Positions 50,096 to 58,573 of a stretch of 60,484 nucleotides of DNA are shown piece by piece. Each line of letters opens with the position of its first letter. Position 1 is the stretch's first letter. Both the position numbers and the translations under genes were made by a program. Source of the stretch: a virus (Duplodnaviria; Caudoviricetes); the IMG/VR virus record IMGVR_UViG_3300032213_001151, positions 1 to 60,484 of that record. One strand, given 5' to 3'. The notes beneath the pieces were generated by a model. The model did no database searches. It was not told the origin of the DNA and saw nothing but the letters and a program-made list of their open reading frames with translations.

Positions 50096-51135
50096 TTCGG
50101 TAGGTCCCCTTTGTATGGTGCTACTTTAGAGCAGAACAATGTGCTCATATGAATTTTATTGTGTCCTATGCGCCTGATTTCAAATGGGAACTTTACCATA
50201 GTACCACTATGAAACTTCACGAAGTTGCACAGCAGCCACCCCATGTGCTCATTGTAGGCAAGGATGGTTTCACCCTCGTGTGGCATATATACAGGCTTAC
50301 TAATGTCATACTGTTGAGGCTTGTGAAACAATGATGGAGCATCATCAACGTAATTGTATCTGCCATCTTTCATGAATGCTTTGTTCTGTTCACCGATTGT
50401 GCACTTGATAGGATATAAGTCATCAGTTATAGCACGTATTGTACCTATTCCACCGAATGCAAATACCTCTTGCCCTACTTCGAATCCCATGTCACAGTTC
50501 TTGGTCCACTGTGTTGATGATTGCTTGTTGTCTTCTTTTGGTTTCATATCGTTTTGTGTTTCTTGTTTAGCTTGCCATTTAGCACCTTTTATAAAATGAT
50601 TTTTTTTATCAACCTCTACATTACCTATACCACCTAAAGCAAATGGATATAATCTTTCAGCAGCTTCTTCTAATGTTTCTTGTTTAGCTTGCACTTGTGG
50701 TATTAGGATTTTGTATTGGTTAATAATCTCATAATAGTTACCTCCTGTTATTTCATCTACATAAACTTCATTAGTTTTTTTGAAAGTATCTACTTTTTCA
50801 ATCTTAACTTCATCGCACGTTGGGTTATTGACAAACCATTCCAAGAAGCTATGACCAATACCTTGAACACCATCTTTGATTAAGTCTTGGTCTGTGGTTA
50901 GAATGATTTTCTTGCAAAAATGAAATCCATTATTATCTGTTCCAATAACTTTAGATTTATACACTTCTTTATGCTTTGTTAAATACCAATCTCCTTGTCT
51001 AATCTGTTCGTCAGAAGTAATGTAAATATGATAGCTCCTGAAGTTTTTTTGTGAAATTGGGTGATAGTGGTATTGACCACCAAATTCATACAGCACACTT
51101 AGCTTGGAAGTTATTAATAAATGTAGGTTCTTCAT
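50092..51135 (-). CDS. Hypothetical mosaic protein
   Basis: Start set at MKNLHLL; QETLEEAAE...FIKGAKWQ module; AT-rich middle. Confidence 0.7.
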   Translation of the reverse strand: MKNLHLLITSKLSVLYEFGGQYHYHPISQKNFRSYHIYITSDEQIRQGDWYLTKHKEVYKSKVIGTDNNGFHFCKKIILTTDQDLIKDGVQGIGHSFLEWFVNNPTCDEVKIEKVDTFKKTNEVYVDEITGGNYYEIINQYKILIPQVQAKQETLEEAAERLYPFALGGIGNVEVDKKNHFIKGAKWQAKQETQNDMKPKEDNKQSSTQWTKNCDMGFEVGQEVFAFGGIGTIRAITDDLYPIKCTIGEQNKAFMKDGRYNYVDDAPSLFHKPQQYDISKPVYMPHEGETILAYNEHMGWLLCNFVKFHSGTMVKFPFEIRRIGHNKIHMSTLFCSKVAPYKGDLPK

Positions 51136-51152
51136 GTTGTTGTTTGTTTCTA

Positions 51153-51331
51153 CCACCGCAACCCCGCACAAACTGAATTGTACGGGGTGGGTGGACTTGT
51201 CTTTCCAAGCTGTCACTATTTTTTTACGCTTCCTTCAGTTATTGTTTAACCGAGTTCGACCCGTAGCGTATGGGTTTGGCAACCACCGGTGCAACCTTGC
51301 CAACACTTCTGATGCTGCACTTGGTACGGTC
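51153..51331 (-). ncRNA. Candidate structured non-coding RNA
   Basis: At least six complementary pairings with G-U pairs favouring the - strand; includes GUGACAGCUUGGAAAGACAAGU. Confidence 0.6.
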
Positions 51332-51338
51332 TTGATGA

Positions 51339-51617
51339 TTATTTGGTATCGCTTATGTCTTGGTACTTCTCTATGATAATCAAGCAAGTGTCACCAACCT
51401 TCCATCTGCCATCGTATTCAAATGGTATTGAGACTTCTCTTGTATGCTTAGCTGTTTGCACCCATATCTTAGGAAGAGTTCTGTACCTTGAGCCTATATA
51501 TCCACTTTGTGTTGCTGAGATTTTACCATCGATAACTTCCATGCCAATGTACTGTAGATTGTCAGAACATGACAGCAGAAAGATTGATAGGAACAGTGTC
51601 TTCAAAGACACACTCAT
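51339..51617 (-). CDS. Putative lipoprotein (92 aa)
   Basis: MSVSLKTLFLSIFLLSC signal with lipobox-like LLSC. Confidence 0.65.
   Translation of the reverse strand: MSVSLKTLFLSIFLLSCSDNLQYIGMEVIDGKISATQSGYIGSRYRTLPKIWVQTAKHTREVSIPFEYDGRWKVGDTCLIIIEKYQDISDTK
51596..51611. repeat. 16-bp palindrome site 10 (GTGTCTTCAAAGACAC)
   Basis: First codons of the lipoprotein gene (VSLKT). Confidence 0.95.
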
Positions 51618-51618
51618 G

Positions 51619-52359
51619 TTACAAAAGCACCTCATCGATGTAGTGGTTTTCAATATCCTCTGTAGGATTCGGACCAAAGTACTTGTTCCATACCTGCAAT
51701 GCACGTTCAACCTTATCTCTACCACCCATGATGAATGGCTCTGATGGACGGAAGATACCGAGCTGCCCTGTCGCTTTGTCAATTACGTAGAACACCAATG
51801 GTTTGTTGAACAAGGTTTGGTAGATGTAACACTGCGAGTCGTAGTTGTACTTCTTAGCTGAGTACCTGAATCCATTGATGTCTGATGTTGTCTTCAGGTC
51901 AATCAATATATCTATACCATCGCTGACAATGTCTGCCTTGCCTTTGAATTTGTGACCAAGAATATCACCCACCATTGGAACCTCATACTTATTCCCATTC
52001 ATGTAGATGTCGTCATAGAACTGAATATTACCACTCATGCGCTTGGTCAATTCTTTTATGTCCTCTACCTCTTTGGTGAGCAGGCAGAACGATAGACCAT
52101 TGTCATCAAGGAAGTCCTTGTAGATTTTGGTAGTGCGAGTAGATGCATCTACACTCAGCACATCCTTTGCTTTGTCCGGCTCAAGGAGTAGCTGATGGAA
52201 TAGTCTTCCCTCAGCTAACGCCTTGTCGTCCTCACGAACTTTGCCATAGTCCTTCGGGTTGTTAAGCAGTACCCCAATGTCTGAATTGGATAGATACTTT
52301 CTGCCTTCACCACGATAGTACTCATCATCATTCTTCAGGAGTTCAATTATGTCTGACAT
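51619..52359 (-). CDS. RecE/ExoVIII-like PD-(D/E)XK exonuclease
   Basis: LSNS, GRLFH..LLEP, KGKAD, IDLKTT, Y..Q...Y. Confidence 0.85.
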   Translation of the reverse strand: MSDIIELLKNDDEYYRGEGRKYLSNSDIGVLLNNPKDYGKVREDDKALAEGRLFHQLLLEPDKAKDVLSVDASTRTTKIYKDFLDDNGLSFCLLTKEVEDIKELTKRMSGNIQFYDDIYMNGNKYEVPMVGDILGHKFKGKADIVSDGIDILIDLKTTSDINGFRYSAKKYNYDSQCYIYQTLFNKPLVFYVIDKATGQLGIFRPSEPFIMGGRDKVERALQVWNKYFGPNPTEDIENHYIDEVLL

Positions 52360-53021
52360 TATTCTTCCTCCTTAATGATAGCAGCAATCTCTTTCTTCAA
52401 CTCAGGGCTGATGGAATACTTTCTCACCAACTGAACGCCAATCTTTTCTATGCCCAATCCCTTGTTGGCTTTGACATATTTTATAACGGCTTCCCAATTA
52501 GAATCACCCTTCACAAGTTCAACAAGCCCGTCACCTTCTGCCTTCTTAGAGGCTGCTTTCTTTGTTGTAGCAGGTGTCTCAGTAGTTGCTGTTGTCTGCT
52601 CAGGCAAGTCCTCTCCTGCATAGATGTAGATACCCAATCCGAACATCGCCAAGTTCTTTACCAAGCAGCGCATGATTGTCTTGTTGATGTCGAATGTAGT
52701 GGCAGCCTCAACTTGCTTGTCACCGTATCGTGTGGCATAGCTGTAAGCTACCTTCTTCATTGACTTGTTCTTGCCATCCATCACGGGCAACCACATCTCC
52801 AATGTCTCGCCTTCAATTGTTACGGTGGTGTGGCACATGAAGCCAAGTGCCTCATCGTACTCTGTCTCCAAGATTTTGTACGTAGCATCGGGGCAAGCTC
52901 TCTTTGTCTCTGACCAAGCCCAAGCCCAAGATAGGTACGTTAGATTGTCTTTCTTTTCAACGTGCTCGTTTACGTTGATTGCTGATAGTCTTTCGAAGAC
53001 TGTTTGTTTTTGATTTGTCAT
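52359..53021 (-). CDS. sak: Sak (Rad52-like, DUF1071) single-strand annealing protein
   Basis: LTYLSWAWAW, MWLPVMD, INKTIMRCLVKNLAMFGLGIYIYAGEDLP. Confidence 0.9.
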   Translation of the reverse strand: MTNQKQTVFERLSAINVNEHVEKKDNLTYLSWAWAWSETKRACPDATYKILETEYDEALGFMCHTTVTIEGETLEMWLPVMDGKNKSMKKVAYSYATRYGDKQVEAATTFDINKTIMRCLVKNLAMFGLGIYIYAGEDLPEQTTATTETPATTKKAASKKAEGDGLVELVKGDSNWEAVIKYVKANKGLGIEKIGVQLVRKYSISPELKKEIAAIIKEEE

Positions 53022-53031
53022 TTGTATTTGA

Positions 53032-53340
53032 TTAGATTTTTACTGATTTGTTTAGCTCTTCTACGATTTTGCGATAGTCAGGGTCATCGCTGATGCGCTT
53101 GGTCACGACCTTGACACCATGAATAATTGGTGGGTGCTGTGTCTCATAGCCCTCTTCCTTCAGGAACTTCTGTATGTAGACTAACTTCATTGGTCTTGTG
53201 CTGCACATATAGTACAGCAAGTGCCTTGCGTCTACGATAGTTCTCTCTCTTGTCTTAGTCTTTACGAATAGGTCTTCTACACGTATACCAAACATTGCTG
53301 CGATTTTCTCTGCGTACTGATTGAATACTTCTTTTTTCAT
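53032..53340 (-). CDS. DnaA C-terminal-like HTH protein
   Basis: FGIRVEDLF...IVDARHLLYY...HPPIIHG. Confidence 0.7.
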   Translation of the reverse strand: MKKEVFNQYAEKIAAMFGIRVEDLFVKTKTRERTIVDARHLLYYMCSTRPMKLVYIQKFLKEEGYETQHPPIIHGVKVVTKRISDDPDYRKIVEELNKSVKI

Positions 53341-53341
53341 T

Positions 53342-53530
53342 TTAGTGGATTGGTTTGTCGAGAACTTCAGGGCGCATGATAGCACCAAGTTCTTCGAATA
53401 GATTGTTGAATGTGGCAGGCTTGCCTTGGCTGACTTCGTACTCGTGTTCAGTAGTGTCTTTGAAGACACGGTAGTCTACATCATCATGAGACTCCTGCTC
53501 ACGAATAGCTATGAATAATCTTTTTGACAT
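53342..53530 (-). CDS. Hypothetical protein
   Basis: 62 aa, first gene after the promoter. Confidence 0.65.
   Translation of the reverse strand: MSKRLFIAIREQESHDDVDYRVFKDTTEHEYEVSQGKPATFNNLFEELGAIMRPEVLDKPIH
53454..53469. repeat. 16-bp palindrome site 11 (GTGTCTTTGAAGACAC)
   Basis: Inside CDS, read as VFKDT. Confidence 0.95.
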
Positions 53531-53560
53531 TTGATTTAATTAGATTTGATTTGATGGGTA

Positions 53561-53592
53561 CAAATATACTATACGTACATGAATCGTCCAAA
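53561..53592 (-). promoter_or_regulatory. Bacteroidota primary-sigma promoter TTTG-N20-TATATTTG
   Basis: Full -33/-7 consensus. Confidence 0.8.
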
Positions 53593-53605
53593 TAATGTTC
53601 AATAA

Positions 53606-53992
53606 TTATTTGATTAATTTTTGAACGTAGTTGCTCCAAATTTTTTCCTCTATCTCTTTCACATCTTTGGATATGTACTTGGTGCTCACCTCGTCTGACT
53701 CATGCGCATCGTTGGTGTCGAACATCCAATCACCTGATGGTAGAACCTGAATGCAGTACCCACCTGCGTAACGCATCACGTCCTTCACATCATGCATGAA
53801 GTAGTTGTGGTTTACGAACTCTTTCAGGTAGTACTCTTTGCTCATGAATCTGCCGGTGTTGACGAACTCTTCCTTGGTCATGTGCTCTTTGTCCATTAGC
53901 ATTTGTATGGACTGAATGAAGTGCTTGTCAGGGTTGGGACGCATCTTCTGAATTAGGATTTCTGTTGATAGGAAATTTGATAGTTTAGTCAT
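53606..53992 (-). CDS. Hypothetical protein (start may be downstream)
   Basis: ORF in dense operon. Confidence 0.65.
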   Translation of the reverse strand: MTKLSNFLSTEILIQKMRPNPDKHFIQSIQMLMDKEHMTKEEFVNTGRFMSKEYYLKEFVNHNYFMHDVKDVMRYAGGYCIQVLPSGDWMFDTNDAHESDEVSTKYISKDVKEIEEKIWSNYVQKLIK

Positions 53993-54383
53993 TGTGTTTT
54001 GTTTCGTGTTTGATTAATTGATGAACGGTCATTCCTGCCATTACTGTTAACAGCAGCCAAATACCAAAGATGCTTATGCGGGTTGGTGTAGGTATCTCAC
54101 TATCTACATCTACCATAAACTTTACCATTATGATTGGAGTAATTGCTGCGTACAGTACGTAGACTAAGCACACTATGATAAGTGGCAGTGACATCTTCTT
54201 TATGATAGCCTCAGCAGGCTTCTCTCTCTTTGGCACTGCCCATTTCCACTCACTCTCCATGATGGTGTAGTCACAGTTGGTGCAGTTGTGTACGTACAAC
54301 CACCAAGGCTCTGTGTGTCTTACTTCTGCGTCTTGTTCTGCCTCACATACGGGGCAAACTATTTTTTCGATATGCGATTCCAT
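53985..54383 (-). CDS. Zn-ribbon plus two-TM membrane protein
   Basis: CPVC...CTNC and two hydrophobic segments. Confidence 0.7.
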   Translation of the reverse strand: MESHIEKIVCPVCEAEQDAEVRHTEPWWLYVHNCTNCDYTIMESEWKWAVPKREKPAEAIIKKMSLPLIIVCLVYVLYAAITPIIMVKFMVDVDSEIPTPTRISIFGIWLLLTVMAGMTVHQLIKHETKHND

Positions 54384-54398
54384 TTTGTTTTGATTTAA

Positions 54399-54686
54399 TT
54401 AATAGTCATCGTCCAACATTTCACCCGCATCAAGGTAGTCATAGTACGAATCCTTTCGGTATGGATAGTTGTTCTCATAACAGCTATCACACCAATAGCC
54501 CGTACTAAAACCGTATGCATCCTCTCTCTCGCAGGTATCCTCTGATTGGCATCCCTTGCATGGCACAATCTCTTGCACTGAGTAGATGTCTCTGTCGGCT
54601 ACTGACTCCAAGAACTCTTCAAGCTCATCCTCTGTATAGAACTCTATCTGTTCTTTGGTTTTGATGTGTGTTACTTTGTAGTACAT
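54399..54686 (-). CDS. Acidic Zn-finger protein
   Basis: CKGC...CDSC. Confidence 0.7.
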   Translation of the reverse strand: MYYKVTHIKTKEQIEFYTEDELEEFLESVADRDIYSVQEIVPCKGCQSEDTCEREDAYGFSTGYWCDSCYENNYPYRKDSYYDYLDAGEMLDDDY

Positions 54687-54694
54687 AGTGTGTT

Positions 54695-55024
54695 TTACTT
54701 ACAGAATACAAGGTCTTTAAATCTCACATAGATATTACCCTCATGGGTTATCTTATCTGCTGCTGTCCAAGAGTCCTGAGTAACGAAGCCAAGACTGATG
54801 CTCTCTGATACTCTGCCTGCATATATGCATACACTTTTGTTGGTATTCAATGCATGGTTGAGACCTTCTTGTCCCTCAATCGGTGCTCTCATAAGCACAT
54901 CTTCCTCGTTATCCTTTCCCCATACTGCTTGAAGGTTGAATAGTCCCGCATCCAATACAGCTTGTGCTTTGTCGGTGACATCTATCCACAGATGCCCGTC
55001 TTGTGACTTGATTAGCTTTTCCAT
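54695..55024 (-). CDS. Hypothetical protein
   Basis: 109-aa ORF. Confidence 0.7.
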   Translation of the reverse strand: MEKLIKSQDGHLWIDVTDKAQAVLDAGLFNLQAVWGKDNEEDVLMRAPIEGQEGLNHALNTNKSVCIYAGRVSESISLGFVTQDSWTAADKITHEGNIYVRFKDLVFCK

Positions 55025-55043
55025 ATGGTTTCAAATTTAATTT

Positions 55044-55592
55044 TTATCCGTAAACTAATTCTCCTAAAGCAAGATATTGGAACACTGTGTCGCTTGTTGC
55101 TGCGTCACCATTCTCATCCAACTCCTTCAGCAAACTGTCTGAGGATTCACTCATGCACTTGTTAATCCTATATTGGAATGTCTTAATGCTAAGTTCTCCG
55201 ATAGGCTCATCGTCCTCGTTCTCTACATCATAGATTGGAACCACTACTCCCTTGTCATACACCGCCTCGAACACTCTCTCTGAGAATGCTTTGTCACCGT
55301 TTCTTGGGACAGCTTTATCTATGATGTCTATAGACTTTGCATTCATGTAGTACCAATAATTGCTACCTCCCTCAAGTGCAGTGATGAATATATTCTCCAA
55401 CACCTCTCTTGATACATCTAAACTTACTGTGATTTTCATTTTGTCTGTGTTAATTAGTTTGATTAATTGTTGTGCCCACTCTTCTGTTGAGAATCTACCT
55501 ACGACCTCACCGTTCAGGTAAACCCTCCACTCTTTTATGCCTGACACGGTGGCTTGCGTCAGATTTATTATATGCCCTTTCATTTGCTGCAT
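55044..55592 (-). CDS. Hypothetical protein (TALEGGSNYW...GELVYG)
   Basis: 182-aa ORF. Confidence 0.7.
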   Translation of the reverse strand: MQQMKGHIINLTQATVSGIKEWRVYLNGEVVGRFSTEEWAQQLIKLINTDKMKITVSLDVSREVLENIFITALEGGSNYWYYMNAKSIDIIDKAVPRNGDKAFSERVFEAVYDKGVVVPIYDVENEDDEPIGELSIKTFQYRINKCMSESSDSLLKELDENGDAATSDTVFQYLALGELVYG

Positions 55593-55801
55593 ACTTTGAT
55601 TGATGAGTAGTAGCAGATGTCCTCAAGTATTGCGTCCTTGGTCTGCTCATCCCGGCTCTCGTAGTATTCATTCTTGAGGCTGCTGTAGAACCCCTTTAGC
55701 TCGTCAGCATCTAACTCGTTCAGGACATAAGCAGCCTGCTCATGCAAGCCCTGACTCTTGAACACCTTGATTGCATTGAATCTTTGCTCAGTGGTTGCCA
55801 T
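55580..55801 (-). CDS. Hypothetical protein
   Basis: 73-aa ORF. Confidence 0.65.
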   Translation of the reverse strand: MATTEQRFNAIKVFKSQGLHEQAAYVLNELDADELKGFYSSLKNEYYESRDEQTKDAILEDICYYSSIKVCSK

Positions 55802-55802
55802 C

Positions 55803-56072
55803 TTAGTTGTTCTTCTTTAGGTAGTCGAGGAATGCTTCAGCCATAACTTCAGGACTCAGGTAGGTCTCGTACAGTTGGTGGGTTGCCAACAGTAGAATCT
55901 CGTTGTCGGTTAGCTTCTCCTGAATTAAATCTCCAAGCTTGCTTAGCTTCTTGTCTTCACCATCAGATAGGAATGCTTGAATGACTTCGAATACTTTTTT
56001 CTCCATGTCTTCTTTGTGGCATCCGAATGCTTTGATTGTTTCTTTTGCGGTGTGGTTTAATTGTAATTCCAT
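55803..56072 (-). CDS. Hypothetical protein
   Basis: 89-aa ORF. Confidence 0.7.
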   Translation of the reverse strand: MELQLNHTAKETIKAFGCHKEDMEKKVFEVIQAFLSDGEDKKLSKLGDLIQEKLTDNEILLLATHQLYETYLSPEVMAEAFLDYLKKNN

Positions 56073-56092
56073 TTTGTTATTTGTTTAAGGGT

Positions 56093-56136
56093 TGGCAGGC
56101 GTGGGAGGAATCGAACCCCCCAATAACCATTCGCCT
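56093..56136 (-). ncRNA. tRNA-like minihelix (44 nt) ending GCCA
   Basis: AGGCG-AATGGTTAT-TGGGGGG-TTCGATT-CCTCCCA-CGCCT-G-CCA. Confidence 0.65.
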
Positions 56137-56137
56137 T

Positions 56138-56153
56138 GTGTCTTTGAAGACAC
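56138..56153. repeat. 16-bp palindrome site 12 (GTGTCTTTGAAGACAC)
   Basis: Between the GATase-GGCT stop and the minihelix. Confidence 0.95.
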
Positions 56154-56155
56154 TG

Positions 56156-57250
56156 TTACAGTAGGTTGTCTACATCATTCTGAGTATACCACTCGTTGCA
56201 TCCAACACAGCAGTAGTTCCCGAACCCGTCATGCTCAAGGTCTCTGTAGCATGAAGTGCAGTATGGTGTGTCAACTATCTCCTCGTCACACTCTTCCTCT
56301 ATGTCAGCAGGATAGTTGTCAAACTTGTCGAATGAACTGAAGTCAAGTTGCTTGTATGTGCTTGACGCAGTTGGCTCGAATGGGTGTGGGCGATATGGCT
56401 TCTGCTCGAAAGACTCATGCAGCGTATCAAAACTACTCACTCGCTTGGTTGGGTTGAAGTATATCCAAGCATTGACTACGTTGCCCCTTGCTGTCACGAT
56501 TGGAATCTTCTTACGGCAATACCAATTGGGGTGTCCCTCAAGTTGGTCTAACTTGGCAAGCACTGTGTCACTCACCTTGAACAAGTCAACCTTGACATTG
56601 TGCCCCACTCCCTTCTGTTCTATCATGTATGGTATGCCTTCAACGAGCATGGGATACTTGTCTTCTGTTTTGCCTGAGCCAATGTATCTTGAGTCGGTAA
56701 GGTATCTGTAGTAGTTGTTGTTGCCCTTCTTCAGTGTGCCATACACAGCGACAAGATTGTTCTGCAACACGTTGTCCTTTGAGTACCACACACCATCCTT
56801 GAAAGTCCAAAGGTCACGGTTGTATAGTTGGAATGTGCGGGTGCGCACGTTGATAGTGATGAACCTTACAAGTCTGTTCTTCTCCAAGGTATCCTTCCAC
56901 TTGTGCCTTGGCACTGAGTCCAATGACTCAGCTAATACCTTTGAGTCGCACGTGTTGTTGTCACCAAGCCCATGAATAGTACCGTTCATCATCAGGTACT
57001 CGTGACTGTTTGCACCACACCTGAATGGGTGTGTGTTTGACTTACCGACCTTGCCTACTGTGGCGTATCGGAAGTGTGCAATGAAAGGACGGTCAGTGTC
57101 GAGCACCTTCCACTGCTTTGATGTGTGATAGCTCACCTCAAATGTGTCGAGCCAAACTACACCTAACCCGTGTGGGTTGATGCGTGATGAGTTCTTGAGA
57201 ACCTCTTTAGGAATCTCAATGTTGCGTTGCTTTACGATTATGATACACAT
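56156..57250 (-). CDS. Class II glutamine amidotransferase fused to gamma-glutamylcyclotransferase and a Zn ribbon
   Basis: Cys2, NPHGLG, AHFRYAT, NTHPF, NG; VAVYGTLKKG...LDQLEG; CTSC/CVGC. Confidence 0.85.
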   Translation of the reverse strand: MCIIIVKQRNIEIPKEVLKNSSRINPHGLGVVWLDTFEVSYHTSKQWKVLDTDRPFIAHFRYATVGKVGKSNTHPFRCGANSHEYLMMNGTIHGLGDNNTCDSKVLAESLDSVPRHKWKDTLEKNRLVRFITINVRTRTFQLYNRDLWTFKDGVWYSKDNVLQNNLVAVYGTLKKGNNNYYRYLTDSRYIGSGKTEDKYPMLVEGIPYMIEQKGVGHNVKVDLFKVSDTVLAKLDQLEGHPNWYCRKKIPIVTARGNVVNAWIYFNPTKRVSSFDTLHESFEQKPYRPHPFEPTASSTYKQLDFSSFDKFDNYPADIEEECDEEIVDTPYCTSCYRDLEHDGFGNYCCVGCNEWYTQNDVDNLL

Positions 57251-57272
57251 ATATTTGATTTGATTTTGGGCA

Positions 57273-57288
57273 GTGTCTTTGAAGACAC
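57273..57288. repeat. 16-bp palindrome site 13 (GTGTCTTTGAAGACAC)
   Basis: Between the tRNA-like CCA end and the GATase start. Confidence 0.95.
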
Positions 57289-57298
57289 AGAACCCGAT

Positions 57299-57372
57299 TG
57301 GCAGTCAGGGCAGGATTCGAACCTACACAATAGGGCATCGCCCATAGCGTTTACCAATTTCGCCACCTGACT
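57299..57372 (-). tRNA. Atypical tRNA-like RNA (74 nt), isotype undetermined
   Basis: AGTCAGG/CCTGACT acceptor, GCGAAATTGGTAAACGC D arm, GTAGG-TTCGAAT-CCTGC T arm, G-CCA; short aberrant anticodon region. Confidence 0.7.
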
Positions 57373-57403
57373 ATTTGTATTACTATTGTGTACTGAACTG
57401 CTA

Positions 57404-57435
57404 CAAAGGTAATACATATTGTGAACATCACCAAA
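57404..57435 (-). promoter_or_regulatory. Promoter TTTG-N20-TACCTTTG
   Basis: Full -33/-7 consensus upstream of the tRNA-like RNA. Confidence 0.8.
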
Positions 57436-57583
57436 CTTTTTTTGCAATTAATTTTGCTCTGTCATGCTGCCAATTAGTTTGGTGCATGGCTCTCTCAATT
57501 GCCTCCCACTTTGTGCCTGCTGACACCCTCGCTACCACCATGCCCTTGTGATATACGTTCCACAGATAGTTGCTCTCCATCAT
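57428..57583 (-). CDS. Hypothetical protein (51 aa), not in ORF track
   Basis: MMESNYLWNVYHKG...KKVW. Confidence 0.6.
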   Translation of the reverse strand: MMESNYLWNVYHKGMVVARVSAGTKWEAIERAMHQTNWQHDRAKLIAKKVW

Positions 57584-57597
57584 GTTACTTGTTATTT

Positions 57598-58233
57598 TCA
57601 GGTGTAAAGTAGGTTTGTTTGTACTGTCTCAACGTGTGAACTCACAATGTCTCTTGCCTTCTGAATATCTTTCGGACGCACGATAAGGTAATGATGCACA
57701 CAGAACACATTGCTTGACTCGCAGGTCATAAGCTTGGTCTGTATCTTTGCCTTGCTTAGTGCCTTCTTGACTGCTGTCAATTCAGCCTCAGCTATGTCGG
57801 ACCTGCATGGTGAATCGTCCCACATACCCGTGTCATTGGCTCCGCACACTGCATATGCAGGCTGCTCATATCCTCGCATCCCGTCAGTGCTTACCCATGA
57901 CTTGCTCATGTTCCATATATTGCCTGCTGCTTCCTCGTCCACAGTAGGTGGTGTTGATGTGTTTACTTTGGTCCATGTCCCATCCCACTCGTTGCCATTG
58001 AGGAACCATTTCCCCTTGCTTACTCTTATGTCAACTCCACGCAGTCCATTTAGCCTGTCTTTTGTGGTCTTGCTGAACCACCCTGCGTTGGTGATATACA
58101 GCCCTTCTGCACGGTGCTCTGCTATCAGGTTGTCGAAAAGATACAGTGCCTTACCATCAGTAAAACTGTTGGATTTACGTAGTGGTGTGCCACTCTGAAA
58201 TGCCTCAATGATTTCGCTTGTTATCTGTCTCAT
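57598..58233 (-). CDS. Hypothetical protein
   Basis: 211 aa; AGWFSKTTKDRLN. Confidence 0.75.
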   Translation of the reverse strand: MRQITSEIIEAFQSGTPLRKSNSFTDGKALYLFDNLIAEHRAEGLYITNAGWFSKTTKDRLNGLRGVDIRVSKGKWFLNGNEWDGTWTKVNTSTPPTVDEEAAGNIWNMSKSWVSTDGMRGYEQPAYAVCGANDTGMWDDSPCRSDIAEAELTAVKKALSKAKIQTKLMTCESSNVFCVHHYLIVRPKDIQKARDIVSSHVETVQTNLLYT

Positions 58234-58234
58234 G

Positions 58235-58513
58235 TTACTTGTAATTAAAGTACCTCTTTAGCTCGGTGATTTGGTCTTGCAGTTCACCGTTCTCTGCATC
58301 GTAGTAGAAGGTCTCTTCTACCCATCTGAAGAAGGCAGCCATCTGCCCTTGCATCCCCTCGGACAGCACATTGAACAGCTCCCTTGCCTGCGTGTGCTGC
58401 CCGTTGGCTCTGCTCTCCATGATGTACATGAAGAACTCCTCAACACTGTTGAATTCCAATTCAACGATTTTGTTTCTCAACTCTAAGTCCTTGTGCTCTG
58501 TTATTTGTATCAT
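58235..58513 (-). CDS. Hypothetical protein
   Basis: Start set at MIQIT, downstream of the promoter. Confidence 0.7.
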   Translation of the reverse strand: MIQITEHKDLELRNKIVELEFNSVEEFFMYIMESRANGQHTQARELFNVLSEGMQGQMAAFFRWVEETFYYDAENGELQDQITELKRYFNYK

Positions 58514-58541
58514 ATTGTTTGTTGTTTGTTTGTTTCGGGTA

Positions 58542-58573
58542 CAAAGGTAGTACATAGTTTGTATATATGCAAA
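58542..58573 (-). promoter_or_regulatory. Promoter TTTG-N20-TACCTTTG
   Basis: Full -33/-7 consensus. Confidence 0.8.

Noticed and set aside
51136-51216. N-terminal extension of ORF 50092..51216 from GTG
   Set aside because: The region forms strong hairpins, and ATG 51135 has the typical A-rich context
51220-51331. Third hammerhead, or a twister, pistol, hairpin or HDV ribozyme
   Set aside because: The conserved cores could not be fitted; kept only as an unassigned structured RNA
57299-57372. Assignment as functional tRNA-Ile(GAU)
   Set aside because: The anticodon stem-loop is non-canonical and the D arm is Leu-like
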